A DNA stretch of 64,000 nucleotides from assembly GCA_034432595.1 (NCBI GenBank), contig DAOUBT010000022.1:10600-74599 (forward strand), read 5' to 3'. Below are positions 48,276 through 58,278 of this stretch, one piece after another (within the stretch, counting starts at the first letter, position 1; each line of letters starts with the position of its first letter). Below the pieces are notes generated by a model. That model was not told the origin of the DNA and ran no database searches. It worked only from the letters and a program-made list of their open reading frames with translations. The position numbers and the translations under genes are program-made. The DNA is from Anaerolineae bacterium (GTDB taxonomy: Bacteria; Chloroflexota; Anaerolineae; B4-G1; SLSP01).

Positions 48276-50108
48276 TCAATCAGCCACGATGCGGAGTTGA
48301 GAAGGTACGCCATCCGGCGTCCCCTCCGCCGCGGCTGTCGGTACGCGCAACTGCCGATAGTAAATTTCCGCGTACAAACCCGACGTAGCCAGCAGTTCAG
48401 CATGAGTACCCCGCGCGGCGATGCGCCCCTGCTCCAGCACCAGAATCAGGTCCGCATCGCGCAGCGTGCTCACGCGCTGCGCAATGATGAAGGTCGTGCG
48501 TCCCTGCATCAGGGTACGCAGGGCCCGTTGGATAAGATGTTCCGTCTCGCTATCCACGCTGGCTGTGGCATCATCCAAAATGAGGATGCGCGGATTCTTG
48601 AGCAGCGCCCGCGCAATGGCAATGCGCTGCCGCTGCCCACCGGAAAGCGTTAGCCCGCGTTCGCCCACCCGTGTGGCATACCCTTGCGGCAGCTCCATGA
48701 TGAAGTCGTGGGCCTGAGCCGCGCGCGCAGCGGCCTCGACCTCCTCATCGGTCGCCTCCGGGCAGCCAAAGGCAATATTCTCGCGAATGGTGGTGGCAAA
48801 CAGGGTGGATTCCTGCAACACGATGCCGATTTGCTCGCGCAAGGACTTTAACGTCACCCGACGCAAATCATAGCCATCTATGAGGATGCGGCCGGACGTG
48901 GGGTCATAAAAGCGCAGCAGAAGATTGAGCAGCGTGGTCTTGCCCGATCCGGTCTGTCCCAGCAGCGCCACTTTTTGACCGGGCAACACCTCAAAGCTCA
49001 CCTCACGCAGCACGGGATGGCGGCCAAAATAGGCAAAAGAGACGCGCTCAAACTGCACATGGCCCTGCAAGGGGGGAAGCGGCAGGGCATCCGGCGCCTC
49101 GCGCACCTCGGATTCCGTATCCAGGATTTCAAACACCCGTTCGCCGGAAGCTGTTGCCTGCGCGATAGCAGGAATCACCATCCCCACCCGCCGCAGCGGC
49201 TGTACCAGTTGCGCCAGGTAGGTGGAAAAGGCCACCATCTCACCAAGCGTCAACGCCCCATGGATGACGAGCCAGCCGCCATAGGCAATCACGACAAGCG
49301 AACTCAAACCGGCGAGGAAGTCAATTACCGGCGCGTTCAGCACACGCAGGCGCGTCGCCTGCACGTTCAGCGCGAACCAGCGCGCGTTCTCACGCCGAAA
49401 GCGGGCGATTTCGGCCTCTTCCTGCGCAAAGCCTTTCACGATGCGCGCACCGCGAAAATTTTGCTCAAGGAAGGAGGTCATGCGCGCCATTTGATCCTGC
49501 ACTTCACGCCAGAGCGGGCGATAGCGGCGGCCAAAATCGAGCGCGCGCCAGGTGACCAGGGGCATCAGCGCCAGGGCGAACAAGGCCAGGCGCGGATTCA
49601 TCAGCACCAGCACCACCGCCGTGCCCAGCATCAGCAGCGCCCCTTCAACCAGACGTAAGGTGGCGCGGCCCGTCAAGAAGCGAATGCGATCCACATCCTG
49701 AATGGCGCGCGAGAGCAACTGTCCGGCTTCGACCCGGTCATGAAAGGCAAACGAGAGGGAGGCAAATTTGCGCTGCAATTCATTGCGCAAATCGTAGGCC
49801 ACGCCTTGCGAGATGATTTCAATCCACCGCCCTTGCAGGAACGTGAAGAACGCTTTGATGAGCGTCAGACCCAGCAAAGCGCCCACCATCCAGCGCAAGT
49901 AGCTCAAATCACCTTGCCGAACGCCGCGATCCACCACGCCGCGGATGGTCTGCGGAACGACCAGGGCAATCCCATCCAGCAAAACTTGCGTGAGATAGGC
50001 GGCGACCAGCGTGGTACGGTAAGCTGCCATGTACTGGTAACAGCGTCGCAGAATCGCCAGAGTCGAAGCCGGCTTCAAAACAATATGTTCGTGTTGGTTT
50101 TGGCCCAT
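48276..50108 (-). CDS. ABC exporter, fused permease/ATPase, partner of the downstream paralogue
   Basis: Walker A GQTGSGKTT, signature LSGGQRQR, Walker B ILILDDATS. Confidence 0.9.
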   Translation of the reverse strand: MGQNQHEHIVLKPASTLAILRRCYQYMAAYRTTLVAAYLTQVLLDGIALVVPQTIRGVVDRGVRQGDLSYLRWMVGALLGLTLIKAFFTFLQGRWIEIISQGVAYDLRNELQRKFASLSFAFHDRVEAGQLLSRAIQDVDRIRFLTGRATLRLVEGALLMLGTAVVLVLMNPRLALFALALMPLVTWRALDFGRRYRPLWREVQDQMARMTSFLEQNFRGARIVKGFAQEEAEIARFRRENARWFALNVQATRLRVLNAPVIDFLAGLSSLVVIAYGGWLVIHGALTLGEMVAFSTYLAQLVQPLRRVGMVIPAIAQATASGERVFEILDTESEVREAPDALPLPPLQGHVQFERVSFAYFGRHPVLREVSFEVLPGQKVALLGQTGSGKTTLLNLLLRFYDPTSGRILIDGYDLRRVTLKSLREQIGIVLQESTLFATTIRENIAFGCPEATDEEVEAAARAAQAHDFIMELPQGYATRVGERGLTLSGGQRQRIAIARALLKNPRILILDDATASVDSETEHLIQRALRTLMQGRTTFIIAQRVSTLRDADLILVLEQGRIAARGTHAELLATSGLYAEIYYRQLRVPTAAAEGTPDGVPSQLRIVAD

Positions 50109-50393
50109 GCACGCCTCGAAGTAGTTAGCTTTGTTAAGTATTTTACCGGTAAGTGCTAAAGAGTCAAGCGGCGAGTACGCCTGCGTTTCGAGACCTTGCT
50201 CATAAAATCGTGGCCCTTATCTGACCCACCTTTCGCTCCCCCCATTGGCGGAGTCCTGGAATCGTTGGAAACCCTTTAAAGTGCGGAACGTGGGCCGGAG
50301 AATGAAGACCGGAAATGATAGCGCGGCGCACAGTTGACAAGTCTTTTAATTTGACTACACTATGATTAACCACAGGTCGGGGGGAAGAAGCTT

Positions 50394-51698
50394 ATGAGCG
50401 AGGATAAGAAGAAAAGTCTGTACGCCCCGGAATACCAGAATGAGGTGCAGGACCTGCGCAATACCCTCATTTTTGGCGGGCTGGCTGTGATTGCCCTGGG
50501 CGCGATGATTATCGCCGCCAGTCCCAGCGTCATTGCCCTGCAGATCCCCGTCTTTGAAACCTCCATTCTGGCTATGGCTGCGGCCATGGTCACCATGCTC
50601 GGCCTGATTGCGCTCCAATATTTCCCGCCTCGCCCCATTTCCCTGACCGTCCTGATGGCTTACACCATCATCATTGCCCTGACCGTGCATTACACGGGCG
50701 GTCCGCTGACTCCCATGCCGGCGCTCTTCATCCTTGTGGTGGTGGCAGCCTCTTTCCTTTTGGGCAAGCGCGCAGCTTTCTTCATGGCCTTCATCAGCGT
50801 CACCCTGTACGCCACTATTCTGTACCTGGAATACGTTGGCGTGCTGAAAATGGTGCAAATCTGGCGCCTTTCCTTCTCCCCGGCAGAGCGCGGCTCGTTG
50901 CTCATCATCAACTGGTTGGCGCTGGCCATCCCGACCACCATCACGGCGTTGATTGCCGGCACCCTGTCTGAACGCTTACGGCTCACAAACCGCAACCTCA
51001 TCGAATCTGAACGCTTGCGCGACAACCTCTCTCACATGATTGTGCACGACCTGCGCAACCCTACCACGGCCATGGTGGGCGCGCTGGATATTCTCAAGCT
51101 CACCTTAGCAGATAAGATGACCCCTGATCAGCGCAAATTGTTGGAAAATGCACGTCACAGCGGTCATGTCCTCATCGGCCTGATTGGCGAGATTCTGGAC
51201 ATCAGCAAAATGGAAGCGGGGCAGTTCAGCCTGCGCCTTGAGCCGGTTGACTTATGCGACGTGATAACGCGCACGGTGGGGAGTTTCCAGGCGTTGGCCG
51301 AGCTGGAAAAAGTCGAGCTGGTCAGCGACATGTGCGTAGTGGGAACCATCGCCTGCGACAAACAACTGGTGGAGCGCGTGTTGACCAACCTCATTTCTAA
51401 CGCGCTCAAGCACACCCCCGAAGGGGGGCGCGTCACGGTGTCCGCCCGCTGGACGGATGACGAAAAGTTTGTGCAAGTGTGCGTCGAAGACACCGGTGCC
51501 GGTATCCCCAAAGAATACCAGAGCAAAATTTTTGAAAAGTTCGGGCAGGTGGAAGATCGCAGCCGTCCACGTCAGGGCACGGGCCTGGGATTGACCTTCT
51601 GCAAAATGGCTGTCGAGGCTCATGGAGGCAAGATTTGGGTGGAAAGCGAGGTCGGCAAGGGCAGCCGCTTCTACTTCACGTTGCCAGCCCGGCCTTAA
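50394..51698 (+). CDS. Membrane sensor histidine kinase (6-TM sensor, HisKA, HATPase_c)
   Basis: H-box [13 protein letters not shown]; N/G boxes NALKHT / [13 protein letters not shown]. Confidence 0.85.
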   Translation: MSEDKKKSLYAPEYQNEVQDLRNTLIFGGLAVIALGAMIIAASPSVIALQIPVFETSILAMAAAMVTMLGLIALQYFPPRPISLTVLMAYTIIIALTVHYTGGPLTPMPALFILVVVAASFLLGKRAAFFMAFISVTLYATILYLEYVGVLKMVQIWRLSFSPAERGSLLIINWLALAIPTTITALIAGTLSERLRLTNRNLIESERLRDNLSHMIVHDLRNPTTAMVGALDILKLTLADKMTPDQRKLLENARHSGHVLIGLIGEILDISKMEAGQFSLRLEPVDLCDVITRTVGSFQALAELEKVELVSDMCVVGTIACDKQLVERVLTNLISNALKHTPEGGRVTVSARWTDDEKFVQVCVEDTGAGIPKEYQSKIFEKFGQVEDRSRPRQGTGLGLTFCKMAVEAHGGKIWVESEVGKGSRFYFTLPARP

Positions 51699-51830
51699 AC
51701 ATGCGCGCCATAGGCTACGGAGAGAGGGAAGCGCACTCCCTCTCTCCGTTTGTGTCATGATTCCGTAAAAGCTCACCGCGTGAGCCATGGCGAAAGACAT
51801 CAAGCCATCCACACAAGCAAGGAGGACACG

Positions 51831-52352
51831 ATGACGAGCAAACGACGTTCGGAAATTGCCATGGGGCTGGTCCTGATTCTGGCCGGAGCCTGGATGTTGC
51901 TGGTGAACCTAGTCCCCGGCGTGAAGGAGCTGCTCGGCCCGTGGCTGGAGTGGCCGCTTTCGATGGTCATCATCGGTGGCGGCATCGCCCTTTTTGGCCT
52001 GGTGACCGGCAATTACGGTCTGTTCGTACCGGGAAGCATCGTGGCCACCCTGGGCGGCATCTTTTACTGGCAAGAGCAAAACGATGCTTACGCGAGTTGG
52101 TCCTTTGCCTGGACGCTCATCATCGTAGCTATCGGTGTAGGGGTCGTGCTGGAAGGTGTGCTCAAAGGCCAACGCGACACCATCATCAGCGGCCTGAACA
52201 CCATCCTGGTGGGGGCGGTCCTGTTTGCCATTTTCGGCACCTTGCTGGGCAATCTCAACTTGCTGGGGCCTTATTGGCCGCTGCTGCTCATCGGCCTGGG
52301 CTTCATCCTGTTGTTGCAGGCACTCTGGCCCAAAAAGAAGTCGGGAGCGTAA
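51831..52352 (+). CDS. Small 4-TM membrane protein with duplicated LILAG-W motif (LiaI/LiaF-like transmembrane module)
   Basis: AAGGAGGA SD. Motifs MGLVLILAGAWMLL and WPLLLIGLGFILLLQALWP, which resemble the N-terminus of the downstream gene. Confidence 0.55.
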   Translation: MTSKRRSEIAMGLVLILAGAWMLLVNLVPGVKELLGPWLEWPLSMVIIGGGIALFGLVTGNYGLFVPGSIVATLGGIFYWQEQNDAYASWSFAWTLIIVAIGVGVVLEGVLKGQRDTIISGLNTILVGAVLFAIFGTLLGNLNLLGPYWPLLLIGLGFILLLQALWPKKKSGA

Positions 52353-52353
52353 G

Positions 52354-53160
52354 ATGCGCCGCGCACCCTTTTTCTGGGGCGTGCTGCTGATCCTGGCCGG
52401 CATCCTGTTCTGGATGGATAACCTCCATCTGTTGCCGGCAGGTCTGCGCGCCTGGGATTTGCTCTGGCCTCTGGCCCTCATTCTGGTCGGGGTGTGGCTG
52501 CTCATCCGGCATTTGATGACGCCCGCAGCAAGCGAAGTGCCGGAGCTGATGCCGGTGCGCGTGCCGCTGGCGGAGGCGCAGATGGGGCATCTCGTCCTGC
52601 ATCAGGGCGTGGGCCGTCTCGACCTGGACGGCATGGACAGTGCGGATACCGCGCTGGAAGGGACATGTGCCGGCGGGGTGGAACTGGAGACGCGCGCCGG
52701 ACGCGAAATCGAGGTGCGGCTGCGTCAACCGCAGCTCAGCTTCAGCCCGTTTGAGACCGGCTCGCCCCTGCACTGGGAGCTGCATCTGACGTCTGCCCTG
52801 CCCTGGCGGCTGGATATTCATCTGGGCATGGGCGAAACGGAGCTGAATCTGGCACAGGTGCGCTTGAGCGAGTTATCCCTGCACGGCGGGGTGGGTAACA
52901 CGCGGCTCCGCCTGCCCTATCCCACGGGCGAAGGGCGCGTCCACCTCGAAAACGGCATGGGCGAGTTGAACGTCACCTTGCCGCCGCAGGTTGCGTTCTC
53001 CCTGCGAGCAGAGCGCGGCCTGGGCGACCTCAGCATCGAATACCCCGGCCTGGTCCTGCACGACGCCGTTTACGAGACGCCGGACTTTGCGCAGGCGACG
53101 CATCGCTTTGTGATGCACCTCAAGGCAGGTGTGGGACGGGTTTCTGTAACGATGGAGTAA
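52354..53160 (+). CDS. LiaF-like / toastrack (DUF4097/DUF2154-type) membrane protein
   Basis: N-terminal 2-TM module WGVLLILAGILFW...WPLALILVGVWLL, followed by a repetitive beta-rich domain (LHLGMGETELNLAQ / LSLHGGVGNTRLRL / LENGMGELNVTL). TAA-G-ATG junction with the upstream gene. Confidence 0.55.
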   Translation: MRRAPFFWGVLLILAGILFWMDNLHLLPAGLRAWDLLWPLALILVGVWLLIRHLMTPAASEVPELMPVRVPLAEAQMGHLVLHQGVGRLDLDGMDSADTALEGTCAGGVELETRAGREIEVRLRQPQLSFSPFETGSPLHWELHLTSALPWRLDIHLGMGETELNLAQVRLSELSLHGGVGNTRLRLPYPTGEGRVHLENGMGELNVTLPPQVAFSLRAERGLGDLSIEYPGLVLHDAVYETPDFAQATHRFVMHLKAGVGRVSVTME

Positions 53161-53161
53161 T

Positions 53162-54151
53162 ATGAACAGAGAAGCGTTAGTCAGAGGATTGGAACGCCTG
53201 CCCCGGCACGCTCTGGGGCATTTCCCCACGCCGCTTGAACCCCTGCCGCGCCTGAGCGCGCGTTGGGAAGGGCCGGAGCTGTGGGTCAAACGCGACGATC
53301 AAACCGGCCTGGCAGGCGGCGGCAATAAAACGCGCAAGCTGGAGTTCCTCGTGGCCGATGCGTTGCGGCAAGGCGCAGATACGCTGGTCACGGGCGGCGC
53401 GGCGCAGTCCAATCATGTGCGGCAGACTGCCGCCGCGGCGGCGAAACTCGGCCTGCGCTGTCATCTCGTGCTCAAGGGAAGTCCCACCGCGCCCCATCAG
53501 GGTAACTTGCTGCTCGATCAGCTCCTTGGGGCCGAGATTCATTGGACCCAGCAGGAGCTTCCGCAAGCGCTGGCCACCATCACCCAAAGCTTACAGGCGC
53601 AGGGACACCGCGCGTACCTGATTCCCTACGGCGGGAGTAATGGGCTGGGTGTGTGCGGCTACGCGGCGGCCTGGCTGGAGTTGGAAGCGCAGATGGCAGC
53701 CCTGGGCCTTGCGTTTGATGCGGTCATCGTCGCGTCGAGCAGCGGCGGCACGCAGAGTGGCCTGGCTTTGGGTGCGCAGGCCTGCGGCTACCGGGGACGG
53801 CTCATCGGCATCAGCATCGCGGAGCGAGCCGAGGCGCTGCGCTCCACGCTGCGCGCGCTGGTGGAGGAGGCACAGGCCATGCTGGGCCTGCCGATAGGGG
53901 CACCTGCCTTCGAGGTGGATGATGGCTGGCTCGGCGCGGGGTACGGCATCCCCGCAGCGGAGGAGCTGGCCACGTTGCGCGAGGTGGCTCGCACGGAAGG
54001 GCTGCTGGTGGACCCGGTGTACACGGGACGCGCCCTCACGGGGCTGCGCGGCCTGATCGCGCGCGAGGAGCTGCGCCGCGGGCAGCGGGTGCTTTTCTGG
54101 CATACCGGCGGCGTGCCCGCGCTGTTTGCTTACGCGGAGCAGGTGCTATGA
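53162..54151 (+). CDS. PLP-dependent D-cysteine desulfhydrase / ACC deaminase family enzyme
   Basis: PLP-lysine motif GGNKTRKLEFL; TGGAAQSNHVRQTAAAA. Confidence 0.8.
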   Translation: MNREALVRGLERLPRHALGHFPTPLEPLPRLSARWEGPELWVKRDDQTGLAGGGNKTRKLEFLVADALRQGADTLVTGGAAQSNHVRQTAAAAAKLGLRCHLVLKGSPTAPHQGNLLLDQLLGAEIHWTQQELPQALATITQSLQAQGHRAYLIPYGGSNGLGVCGYAAAWLELEAQMAALGLAFDAVIVASSSGGTQSGLALGAQACGYRGRLIGISIAERAEALRSTLRALVEEAQAMLGLPIGAPAFEVDDGWLGAGYGIPAAEELATLREVARTEGLLVDPVYTGRALTGLRGLIAREELRRGQRVLFWHTGGVPALFAYAEQVL

Positions 54152-54516
54152 AGGGAGTCCTGGCGCTCGTGCTGGGTCTGGCGGTGGGTATTGGCCTGGG
54201 CTTTCTCATCGGCTGGGGCCTCTATCCCGTGCAGTATTACAACACGCAACCGGCGGATTTGCGTTCGGATTATAAGGACGATTACGTGCAGCTCGTGGCC
54301 CTGACCTTCAGCGTGGAGGGGGGGACACAGGCCGCGCTACAGCGCCTGAGTTTGCTCGACCCCGTCAATCCCACCCGCCCGTTGGTGGATTTGACAGAGC
54401 GCCTGGCGCAACAGCCCTTGCCGCCGGAAAGTTGCGCGGCCTTAGCGCGCCTGGCGCGCGCGCTCGCGGTGGAAACTCCCGCAATGAAGCCTTGCCTGGA
54501 GTTGCGTTTGCCATGA
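54148..54516 (+). CDS. Small single-TM protein, paralogue A (shares an N-terminal module with the next gene)
   Basis: MKGVLALVLGLAVGIGLGFLIGWGLYPVQYYNTQPADLRSDYKDDYV. ATGA overlaps at both ends. Confidence 0.55.
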   Translation: MKGVLALVLGLAVGIGLGFLIGWGLYPVQYYNTQPADLRSDYKDDYVQLVALTFSVEGGTQAALQRLSLLDPVNPTRPLVDLTERLAQQPLPPESCAALARLARALAVETPAMKPCLELRLP

Positions 54517-55409
54517 AAGGCTATGCTGCGCTTTTCCTCCTGGGCCTGGTGGTGGGCCTGGCCGCCGGGTTATACTACACGTGGATGGTTAACCCGGTGC
54601 AGTATTACAATTCACTCCCCTCCCTGATGCGCAGCGACTACCGCGCGGACTGGATCAAGATGAGCGCACTGGCCTACGCGCAGGATGGGAATCTGGCGCG
54701 CGCGGAGGCGCGCCTGAACGGTCTCAACCGGCAGGAGGTGCAGCAGCAGGTGGCGCGCGTGTTGGATGAAGCGGTGGCTCTGGAGCGCCCGCTGCCGCTG
54801 TTGCAGCGGCTGGCCAGCCTGGCCAGCCATTACGGCGCGGATACGCCCACGGTGCGCATCTACGCCCAGAGCACGCCGACGGCGGAGACACCCTCCCCCA
54901 CCCCATCGCCCACGGAGACGCCTACCGCCACGCCGACTCCCACCCTGACGCCGACCGCGACGCCGCGCCCCACGGCTACGGCAACGCCCACACCGCGCTA
55001 TACCGCGACGCCGCGTCCCACGCCCACGCCGCTGGTGATTGCCGTACCGGATTACACGGTCGTGAGTTTAGAGCGCCTGTGCGAGGTGCAGCCGCGCGTC
55101 CTCGTCACGCTCACGGAAAGTGTCACGGTCACCGTGCGGGGGCAGCCACGTAGCGAACTCCGCCCGCTGCCCGGCCTCACGCTGTGGCTCATCTCCGGCA
55201 ATCAGACAAATCGCGCCGTGACCGGCCTGCGTCCCGACATCAATCCCGGCTACGCGGATTTTGTGGTGCAGCCGAACACCATCTACAATTTGTACGTGGA
55301 AACGCCGGACGGCGCCCCAGTCGCCCGGTTGAACATTGAGGCTTGCCTGGCAGGCGAGGAGAGCAACACCTGGACCACGTGGAGCCTGACGCTGCAACGG
55401 CGACCTTGA
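54513..55409 (+). CDS. Single-TM protein, paralogue B: same N-terminal module plus Thr/Pro-rich linker and C-terminal beta domain
   Basis: MKGYAALFLLGLVVGLAAGLYYTWMVNPVQYYNSLPSLMRSDYRADWI. Long TPTPT linker. Confidence 0.6.
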   Translation: MKGYAALFLLGLVVGLAAGLYYTWMVNPVQYYNSLPSLMRSDYRADWIKMSALAYAQDGNLARAEARLNGLNRQEVQQQVARVLDEAVALERPLPLLQRLASLASHYGADTPTVRIYAQSTPTAETPSPTPSPTETPTATPTPTLTPTATPRPTATATPTPRYTATPRPTPTPLVIAVPDYTVVSLERLCEVQPRVLVTLTESVTVTVRGQPRSELRPLPGLTLWLISGNQTNRAVTGLRPDINPGYADFVVQPNTIYNLYVETPDGAPVARLNIEACLAGEESNTWTTWSLTLQRRP

Positions 55410-55450
55410 GCGTGGTATAATGGGGCGGTAACTTACGCAACGAGGGACGT

Positions 55451-55942
55451 ATGATTGATCAGCTCTTGCAACAATTGCCCACTCTGGTGACCGGTTTCGT
55501 GCTGGTCGTGTCGGTTTTCATCACCAGCCTGTGGATCGGGATGATAGTGTGGACGTTCCGCGACATCCGCGCGCGGACGCGCGATGTCCTGGTGCAGCTT
55601 TTCATGGCGCTGCTCGTGGCCGTGCTGAACGTGCCTGGGCTGTTGTTGTACCTCCTCATCCGTCCGCGCGAGACGCTGCACGAAGCATACGAGCGCGCTT
55701 TGGAGCAGGAGGCGCTGCTGCAAGCCATCGAGGAGCCGCTGACCTGCCCCGCGTGCGGGGAGACCATCGAAAAGGACTTCGTCTACTGCCCCTATTGCCA
55801 CAAGGTGTTGAAAAAGGTGTGCACAACCTGCGGGCGTCTTCTGCACCTGGATTGGACGCTCTGCCCCTACTGTGGCACACCGGCGTATGAGGATGAGGAG
55901 ATAACGACGGAGGAAATTCCGGAAAGCGATACCCCGTCGTAG
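55451..55942 (+). CDS. Membrane protein with C-terminal double zinc-ribbon
   Basis: Two TM helices, then CPACG...CPYCH...CTTCG...CPYCG. Confidence 0.6.
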   Translation: MIDQLLQQLPTLVTGFVLVVSVFITSLWIGMIVWTFRDIRARTRDVLVQLFMALLVAVLNVPGLLLYLLIRPRETLHEAYERALEQEALLQAIEEPLTCPACGETIEKDFVYCPYCHKVLKKVCTTCGRLLHLDWTLCPYCGTPAYEDEEITTEEIPESDTPS

Positions 55943-56130
55943 AGACGGGGCGGTTGAGACGGGGCACCGCTCCTGTGAGACGGGGCAACGCCCCGTGAGA
56001 CGGGGCACCGCCCCTTGTGGAGACGGGGCACCGCCCCGTGAGACGGGGCAACGCCCCGTGAGACGGGGCAACGCCCCTTGTAGAGACGGGGCACCGCCCC
56101 GTGAGACGGGGCACCGCCCCGTCTCTACGG
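55932..56130. repeat. Array of about 9 tandem 20-23-bp GC-rich hairpin units (consensus gtgagacggggcaMcgccccgt) filling the convergent junction between the zinc-ribbon gene and pyk
   Basis: Direct reading. Each unit contains the palindrome acggggc-N3-gccccgt. The first hairpin overlaps the TAG stop. No unique spacers are present. Confidence 0.75.
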
Positions 56131-57615
56131 TTACGGCACATCCTCCGCAGTGATGGTGTGGACTTTAATCATGTTGGTCACGCCGTGCACTTCCAACGGG
56201 ATGCCGGCGGTGAGGACCACGAGATCGTCCTGATGGGCGTAACCACGTTGCGTGGCCGCCCGCACCATGGTCTGGATCATGTGGTCGGTATCGCGGAAGG
56301 CACCCACCACCACCGGAATCACGCCCCAGACAAGGTTGAGACGGCGCGCCGTGCTCTCAAAGGGCGTGATGCCGAGCAAAGGCGTGCACGGACGATGGCG
56401 CGCGACCATGCGCGCCGTGCGCCCGGATTCCGTCGAGCAGAGGATGGCGGCAGCCTGCAAATCGGCGGCGATTTCCACCGTGGCGCGGCTGATGGCGCGG
56501 GATACGTCTTCGGTCACGGCGGCGCTGCGCTGCGGCGTGGTCATCGCCAACAAGTGATTGTAAGGGAAGTAGGCCGAGCTTTCCACCGCTTCGGCGATGG
56601 TGGCCATCATGCGCACCGCTTCGACGGGATAGCGCCCCACCGAAGTTTCGCCGGAGAGCATGATGGCGTCACTGCCATCAAGCAGGGCGTTGGCCACGTC
56701 GGAGGCCTCGGCGCGGGTGGGACGGGGATTCTCAATCATGGATTGCAGCATCTGCGTGGCGGTGATGACCGGCTTACCCAGGTGGTTGCACAGGCGGATA
56801 ATGTCTTTTTGCGCCAGGGGAACGCGCTGCGGTGCGGTTTCGACCCCCAGATCGCCGCGCGCCACCATCACCGCGTCCGCGGCGCGCACGATCGCTTCCA
56901 GGTCCTGCAAGGCCTCCGGCTTTTCGATTTTGGCGATGATGGCTGGCAAACGGTTGGGATCCTCCCCCACGCGGCGCTCCAGAGAGGCGTCCGCCACGTC
57001 AAGCAGATAGGCGCGCAGTTCGTGGACATCTTCCGCGCGACGCACAAAGGAGAGCGCGAGGTAATCCAGGCCCAATTCGACGGCTAAGCGCGCATCCTCG
57101 CGGTCTTTTTCGGTGAGCGCGGAGAGTTTGAGCGGGGTACCGGGCAGGTTGACCCCCTTGTTGGACGTGAGCACGCCCCCTACCACGACGCGACAACGCG
57201 CACGCGGCGGAACCACCTCCACCACCTCAAGCTCAAGCGCGCCATCATCCAACAAAATGTGGTGGCCGGGGCGCAGGTCCTCGACAATGTCCGGATGCGG
57301 GAAAGGGATTTCCTCAGCCGTGGTTGAAGGGGCGGCAGAGAGAACAACCTCCGCGCCGGGAACCAGGGTGACGCCTTCCGCGGGGAGCTTGCCCACGCGG
57401 ATTTTGGGGCCTTGCAGATCCCCCATCAACGCGACGTAGCGTCCGGCGCGCGCTGCGGCAGCGCGCACGGTCGCTGCCCAGGCGCGCTTTTGTTCCGCCG
57501 AGCCGTGAGAAAAGTTGAGCCGTGCCACCGTCATGCCGGCTTCAATCATGGCGACAAGGGTTTCTTCATCGGCACAAGCCGGGCCTAACGTGCAGACAAT
57601 TTTGGTCAGAGCCAT
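56131..57615 (-). CDS. pyk: Pyruvate kinase
   Basis: KIVCTLGPA, NFSHG, MVARGDLG motifs. ATG 57615 with GAGGAGG SD. Confidence 0.9.
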   Translation of the reverse strand: MALTKIVCTLGPACADEETLVAMIEAGMTVARLNFSHGSAEQKRAWAATVRAAAARAGRYVALMGDLQGPKIRVGKLPAEGVTLVPGAEVVLSAAPSTTAEEIPFPHPDIVEDLRPGHHILLDDGALELEVVEVVPPRARCRVVVGGVLTSNKGVNLPGTPLKLSALTEKDREDARLAVELGLDYLALSFVRRAEDVHELRAYLLDVADASLERRVGEDPNRLPAIIAKIEKPEALQDLEAIVRAADAVMVARGDLGVETAPQRVPLAQKDIIRLCNHLGKPVITATQMLQSMIENPRPTRAEASDVANALLDGSDAIMLSGETSVGRYPVEAVRMMATIAEAVESSAYFPYNHLLAMTTPQRSAAVTEDVSRAISRATVEIAADLQAAAILCSTESGRTARMVARHRPCTPLLGITPFESTARRLNLVWGVIPVVVGAFRDTDHMIQTMVRAATQRGYAHQDDLVVLTAGIPLEVHGVTNMIKVHTITAEDVP

Positions 57616-57765
57616 GGCAATCCTCCTCATCATATCAATGTGCCCATTTCCACAATCTTACACCGAAACGCAAAAATTTCGTAGCTGGCCAATCGAGCGC
57701 GCCGTCAGGAGCAGGCGAAAGCCATATCTGCGCCTGCCCTGAGGAGATAATCTTGCCAGGGCTTT

Positions 57766-57793
57766 TTGCATCCCACGCACATTGTGCTATACT
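57766..57793 (+). promoter_or_regulatory. Sigma70-like promoter with extended -10 (TTGCAT - 16 bp - TGcTATACT)
   Basis: ttgcatcccacgcacattgtgctatact, about 30 nt upstream of the ATG at 57823. Confidence 0.45.
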
Positions 57794-57822
57794 CCCCATA
57801 GTTCAGTTACGCGGAGTAGCCC

Positions 57823-58269
57823 ATGACGACCAAACGCGCCATTCGATTCATGAATCCGGCTCAGACGCGGCAGCTCACAGCTTTAGCCGAGCGCGCCAGT
57901 CTGAGCTTGAGTCGTTTTGCTGGCACACGGGTTGATTATAATGCGGTGGGAATTCAAATGCTCGATGAGTGGATTGATCGGCACATCCGGCAGTTCCCGC
58001 GTCCCTCTCAGGAAATTGTGACCATTTGGGCGGCCTTCCTGGGGGAAGTGTTCCGTCGCCGTTTCAAGGGGGAATGGGCGCTGGACACCTCCTCCCCCAC
58101 GCCCAAGCTTGGTGTGCTCTGCCCGCGCGAGGATGAAGGGGTGATTTTCGTGGATGTGATGGATCAGATCCAACGCCGCATCACGCAGGGCATGAATCAG
58201 TCCCTTTCTTACTACTACACGGTGAAAGGGATGGAAATCAAAGGCTGGGACGGCACCCCCGTCGAGTAA
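57823..58269 (+). CDS. Hypothetical cytoplasmic protein
   Basis: Clean 148-aa ORF with promoter and GGAG SD. No recognisable motifs. Confidence 0.5.
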   Translation: MTTKRAIRFMNPAQTRQLTALAERASLSLSRFAGTRVDYNAVGIQMLDEWIDRHIRQFPRPSQEIVTIWAAFLGEVFRRRFKGEWALDTSSPTPKLGVLCPREDEGVIFVDVMDQIQRRITQGMNQSLSYYYTVKGMEIKGWDGTPVE

Positions 58270-58278
58270 GGCCATCCC

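Noticed and set aside
55932-56130. Possible CRISPR array (also considered for 58961-59114)
   Set aside because: The units repeat head-to-tail without unique spacers, and unit length is about 21 bp. There are no cas genes in the window.
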